Positions 58,708-63,067 of a DNA stretch of 63,067 bases are shown piece after piece (the first letter of the stretch is position 1; each line of letters opens with the position of its first letter). Origin of the DNA: a virus (Duplodnaviria; Caudoviricetes); the IMG/VR virus record IMGVR_UViG_3300020045_004922, positions 1 to 63,067 of that record; one strand, written 5' to 3'. The notes below the pieces were generated by a model. It had not been told where the DNA came from and ran no database searches. It saw nothing but the letters and a program-made list of their open reading frames with translations. A program made the position numbers and the translations under genes.

Positions 58708-61314
58708 TTATTGAGCCTGATAAATTATAATAGCATCAAACCATGTAGTAGAGACAGATGCTGGCTTTTTAAACCCAATAGATGCATATGTCTGCGTGCT
58801 GCTTTGACCTAAATATATCTGCCCGCCTCCTGAAGCAAGACCCCCGAATACTTTTATGATTCCACTGCATGTTGCTGGTAAAGTAACATTGACTTCACAA
58901 TCGGTTGCGCCAGTAAATGTAACTTGACACCTTAGGCTCACTGTATATATTCCGCCAACCAAAGTGTATGTTGCTCCCGATATAGAGACGCCCGTCACAT
59001 TTGCAATGCTTCCGAGTGCAGCTGTATAGCCTCCGCCACTACCGCTACCTGAATAATTTGGGATATTAATATTATTCCCATCCTTTGTTGCAGCTCCACT
59101 TGTTCCGTTAGTCGTTAGGGTTATTGGGAGTTGAACTCCTGTTAAGTTTGATCCACTACCGTGGAATGACTGTGCCGTTACTGATCTTGCAAAAGTCGCT
59201 GCACCTGTAGTTGGGCTAATTACTAAATTATCAAAACCCAAGATACTATTATATATATAAAACCTATCTGACGTCACAGCTCCGACTTGCCAAGTTGCTA
59301 AATTTACGCCATAACCATCTGATAAATTTATTTGTCTGCCCTTAAAATCAGTCGCCCATATATTCCCACTAACTAAAACCCTTACACCATCATCTCCAAT
59401 CAAACTATTTACAAAACTACTCCCATTCCATTTAGGAATGGAGTTGGTTGTAAGGCTTGGAATCCCGTAAGTCGGAATATCGGTAATTCCATACCCTGAA
59501 ACAGTAGTCGGGTGATTTGATGACCACCACGGTGTATAACCTAGCGCTGTGGTTACTTGTCCGCTTGTAATTGCTCCAGATAAATTATTTGCAGCTAGAT
59601 TCCCCGCAATCGTAAAGGTAGTGCCATTATCAGTCGCAATAGAGTTGGCATATCCTCCAGCAGTTGATTTAGGGATCGTATTAAAATTTATTCCAGTTAG
59701 GTTACTTAGGACGGTAGTTTGAGTACTTCCAAGCTCATTTTGTTTGCTATTAAATGTGTTATAATCATTAAAAGTCAATGCTCCTGACTGGGTAAGGCTT
59801 GCATTTTGTAATGAGATGTTTTGTCCTGAAATAGACAACCCATTCGTTTCCGTAACCGTTGTCGGAGTGTGCAGTAGAGCGAAGTCTTGATATCGTAAAT
59901 ATCCATCACTCGAAGCCGTTGCAGCTCCTAGCTTCGTTTTGATACTAGTCAATGTTTCATCGCCTGTATTAGGTCCACTAACGGCATTCAGCGCTGATAT
60001 ATTAGAGTGGATATCGGTAGAGTAAATGCCTACAGGCTGCTTCTCGCTATCTAACTCCTGCAATGCCGACTGAGCATTAGTGCTAGCGATACCACCAACA
60101 GGGCTAACTACTACAGATGTTGCTGGAAGTAGTCCTCCAGCGGTTGCAGTTGTAGTAGTTTTTTGTTTTCTTAAATCATCTACAACTCGAAGCGCGGCTT
60201 TTTTTGTTCCTACATCAAAGGTAGACTTATACTCGAAAGTTAGCTTATAAAGCAGCCTAATTTCACCATCCCTAAGTGTTGGGAATGTCGCCTGTAATTG
60301 CTCCCAATTATGAGCGGCAGCTAAAGTGCTCGTTGAGAAGTCAGTTTCAGCGCTCTTTATTTTTATTGCCTCTCCATATCTAGGGTCTTGCAAGGCATAA
60401 ACATAGTAAACAAAAAAGTTATTCGCTCCTACGTCTGTACGAACCCCAGTAGATGTTAGGTATTGAGGTATACTGGTTGTAGGATTCCAAAGAAAAGGGA
60501 AATCTGTAGCTGCTATTTTTTGAAGCCTAAGTGATGCATCGTTCGAAATACAAATAAATTTACCTGATGTTGCTGGTAAAGTTCCAGTCCCTAAATTCTG
60601 AGTAAACTTAACTGTTCCACTAGATGCATTTGTAACAGTATATTCCATATTATCATCTATATTTGTACCGGATGATAAAGAAATTACAGCATTAGAACCA
60701 TTAGAATTAGGAGTTCCACTTGAAATTGAATTATGTGATATATTAAACCCACTTAACCATTTAGTACCTTCAGAATGTTTCCATTGATGATCTGACCAAC
60801 TTATATCATTCTTGTGAAATTCGATTGATTCAATCACATCTCTATTAGCAACGGTCAATGTAGAGTTCCAATAGAAACGATATACTGATGCCATTATAGA
60901 AAAATTGCTATAAGGTGTTTGAGTCGCAATAGGATTTCCACTTGCATCGAAATAAAAATACCACACACCATCTGTATTTGTAAAGTTAAAAGCTACTGGT
61001 GCTGTTTTTTCGTGTTTAACTGCCACTCCGTTACCGTCTGTATAGAAGCAAATAGGATTCAATGCTGAAATTGCTTGACCGTTTTTTACGGTAGCAATTG
61101 TTAAAGTTAGAGCAGCATTGTCTATTACAATATCATTTTCAGTTAGAAATTGTTCTTGGCAAATACCCGTGAATACTGTTTGTTTTAAATCTAACTCCGC
61201 TTTTGTTGCCTTGCTAGATAAAGCAGATGGCAACCCTACAACTTGTGGTATTTGGATTTGAGCAGACGCAAATGCGCTAGATAAAATTAATAAAAATAAA
61301 ATAAGTTTTTTCAT
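58708..61314 (-). CDS. Tail-fibre-like protein with N-terminal signal peptide
   Basis: MKKLILFLLILSSAFASA|Q; fibre-type motifs (TNAQSALQELD, DYNTFNSKQ, VTTALGYTP, TTVSGYGITD). Confidence 0.7.
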   Translation of the reverse strand: MKKLILFLLILSSAFASAQIQIPQVVGLPSALSSKATKAELDLKQTVFTGICQEQFLTENDIVIDNAALTLTIATVKNGQAISALNPICFYTDGNGVAVKHEKTAPVAFNFTNTDGVWYFYFDASGNPIATQTPYSNFSIMASVYRFYWNSTLTVANRDVIESIEFHKNDISWSDHQWKHSEGTKWLSGFNISHNSISSGTPNSNGSNAVISLSSGTNIDDNMEYTVTNASSGTVKFTQNLGTGTLPATSGKFICISNDASLRLQKIAATDFPFLWNPTTSIPQYLTSTGVRTDVGANNFFVYYVYALQDPRYGEAIKIKSAETDFSTSTLAAAHNWEQLQATFPTLRDGEIRLLYKLTFEYKSTFDVGTKKAALRVVDDLRKQKTTTTATAGGLLPATSVVVSPVGGIASTNAQSALQELDSEKQPVGIYSTDIHSNISALNAVSGPNTGDETLTSIKTKLGAATASSDGYLRYQDFALLHTPTTVTETNGLSISGQNISLQNASLTQSGALTFNDYNTFNSKQNELGSTQTTVLSNLTGINFNTIPKSTAGGYANSIATDNGTTFTIAGNLAANNLSGAITSGQVTTALGYTPWWSSNHPTTVSGYGITDIPTYGIPSLTTNSIPKWNGSSFVNSLIGDDGVRVLVSGNIWATDFKGRQINLSDGYGVNLATWQVGAVTSDRFYIYNSILGFDNLVISPTTGAATFARSVTAQSFHGSGSNLTGVQLPITLTTNGTSGAATKDGNNINIPNYSGSGSGGGYTAALGSIANVTGVSISGATYTLVGGIYTVSLRCQVTFTGATDCEVNVTLPATCSGIIKVFGGLASGGGQIYLGQSSTQTYASIGFKKPASVSTTWFDAIIIYQAQ

Positions 61315-62975
61315 AATGTTTTCTTGTAATATAAAATTCGTATGTCGTTATCCGCCATTGGTACTAAAGCAAAAGTGGCATTATTATTAGTTTGGTTTAA
61401 TGCGGGGTGTACCATGGCTCCGCCATCGAAGAATATTGATTGTTTTGAAAAATCAAAATCTAAAGGAAGTGTAAATATATTCGTTCCAGTTACAACCCCA
61501 GTTTTTAAATCATATACACCGTCAGTACTTGTTATAATATTTTCTGAAAAATACGCCTTATCTAATTTGTCCAAAATAGACGCTAATGATACGCCTCCTC
61601 CCTTTACTTCTTTTGCATCATTTCCACTTGCCAAGATTATATCGCCGTCTACCGGAGGCGAATAATTCAGATCGATAACAGATGTTCTTATGGCTCGAAC
61701 TGATACCATGTCGCTTTTCGATGTAGGAGAATATGAGTTGCTAGTTCCTGATACCTTCCATGCATTGTTTTGATTATACTCAGTAGATGACCAAAAAAAC
61801 GAAGGCAAGTTTGTTACTCCTGCTGCTATTCTATTTTGGTATAATTTATACATCTCATCCAATGTCCCTAAATACCAATCAGTATAACCTCCGCCATTGT
61901 AATCAGAGCATAATCTAGCAGCATATTGAACAGACGCACCTTGGACACCTACAATTAAATCCGTATTTGCTAAGCCATATCCAATTTCAGTGTGAGATGC
62001 ATTAGTCGTCACATATGAGTTGGCATACCATTGTATCCCAGAATTTTGATCTTCTGTAGCTGCAATTAAGCACTTTTGCTTACCAGCTTCATAACCATGG
62101 TCAGATTCTTGCAGGATGTAGAACACGATACCACCTTCAACCGATTGTCCAATTGTATATGGAGTTACGGACTCTGCTGGTTTAGGTGATATTTTCCCAT
62201 CGTATGTAGCCTTTAACTCCGCTGTAAAATTCGCTGTAAATGCGTCTAGCTTTGCTTTTAATGCGTCCGTAAACCTATTTACATCGTCTACACTTTCATA
62301 AGCTGTTGCAATCTGACTTGCAGACATTACAGCATTTAGAAGGTCAGGGTCTGAAAGTTTTACGTATGTTGCATTAATCCCTAATGTCGTAGCCTTATAC
62401 AGCGCCCATTTAGAATCGCCATCGTCCAATACAAAAACATTTGTAGGGAGTTTTGTAACATTATAAGCATCTCGTGCTGCAATGTCAGCAACTTGAACTT
62501 CACTAAATGATGAAATTATTAAGTCGTAAAGTTTTTTAAGCGTGTCTCCTTCTGTTGAAACTCCATTTTTAAGAGCCGTTATTAAAGATGCAGCAACTCC
62601 GGCTTGCTCGGGGGTAAATCCTAAAACTGGTTCAGCGCCAATATCTGAAGGTTGTGTTGGAACTGTAATGTCTACAGATTTTGAAATTATTGGCAAGACT
62701 GCCCCATTTCTTTTTACTGATTCTATAATATTTACTTGTGCTCCAGCCTCTATGCCACCAACCTTGGATGTCAAGGTAGATATTCCAAGTTCAGAATTAA
62801 TAAGAGTTAGTATTTCTGCAAATGTAGCTTTCTTTGATACTGCATCTTGCACTATCTCTAATTGGTCGGTAGTAAGCACGGAAGTGGCAGCCAATATTTC
62901 TGATATTGTTTTCCCGCTATCAAATGATTCTATTATAGCCCTTAGCTTGGCTTCTTCTGTTGGTGTAAATGCCAT
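61311..62975 (-). CDS. Tail fibre/structural protein with DUF1566-like C-type lectin-fold domain
   Basis: GIEAGAQVNIIESVK; IGQ..EGGIVFY...YNGGGYTDWYL...E...WSSTEY....AW...VRAIR. Confidence 0.75.
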   Translation of the reverse strand: MAFTPTEEAKLRAIIESFDSGKTISEILAATSVLTTDQLEIVQDAVSKKATFAEILTLINSELGISTLTSKVGGIEAGAQVNIIESVKRNGAVLPIISKSVDITVPTQPSDIGAEPVLGFTPEQAGVAASLITALKNGVSTEGDTLKKLYDLIISSFSEVQVADIAARDAYNVTKLPTNVFVLDDGDSKWALYKATTLGINATYVKLSDPDLLNAVMSASQIATAYESVDDVNRFTDALKAKLDAFTANFTAELKATYDGKISPKPAESVTPYTIGQSVEGGIVFYILQESDHGYEAGKQKCLIAATEDQNSGIQWYANSYVTTNASHTEIGYGLANTDLIVGVQGASVQYAARLCSDYNGGGYTDWYLGTLDEMYKLYQNRIAAGVTNLPSFFWSSTEYNQNNAWKVSGTSNSYSPTSKSDMVSVRAIRTSVIDLNYSPPVDGDIILASGNDAKEVKGGGVSLASILDKLDKAYFSENIITSTDGVYDLKTGVVTGTNIFTLPLDFDFSKQSIFFDGGAMVHPALNQTNNNATFALVPMADNDIRILYYKKTL

Positions 62976-63067
62976 ATTATTGTTTGACGTATCTTACGCC
63001 CATTGGGGTTAATAGTAATAAATAATTATCAGTTAAAAGTCTAACTGGTGGATATGAGTAGTCAAAA

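Noticed and set aside
61311-62975. Complete diversity-generating retroelement
   Set aside because: No RT, accessory gene or template repeat was found in the window.
1-63067. Prophage boundaries (attL/attR) or host genes
   Set aside because: Both window ends lie in leftward tail genes, and no host housekeeping genes or flanking direct repeats were seen.

Overview
Almost certainly a large part of a tailed dsDNA phage or prophage genome with a siphovirus-like gene set. The host is probably a Bacteroidota: TAnnTTTG -7 promoter boxes recur, translation starts are A-rich without SD sequences, and DUF3127/DUF4494-like genes are present. Layout: a leftward head-neck-tail module (scaffold to tape measure, 1-10.5 kb) diverges from a rightward terminase-portal pair (10.7-13.8 kb). 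Then come a ~900-nt leftward non-coding unit with an initiator-type tRNA(CAU) and a heavily structured ~500-nt RNA candidate (13.85-14.79 kb), a leftward replication/accessory block (14.8-26.1 kb) and an AT-rich control region (26.1-27.8 kb). A long rightward early/middle block follows, with small ORFs, recombination genes, a tyrosine integrase, an attC-like gene cassette and a phosphoesterase (27.8-53.8 kb), then leftward lysis and tail/fibre genes (53.9-63 kb). The most notable signals are: (1) a boxA-led tandem array of four covarying RNA hairpin units at 29.15-29.40 kb; (2) the tRNA-linked large structured ncRNA; (3) a 9-mer AGTCTTGCC found 16 times by eye, mostly co-oriented with transcription; (4) an integron-cassette-like module directly after the integrase; (5) a clear -1 frameshift configuration in the tail chaperone. 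Protein calls come from motif recognition and synteny only; no searches were run.
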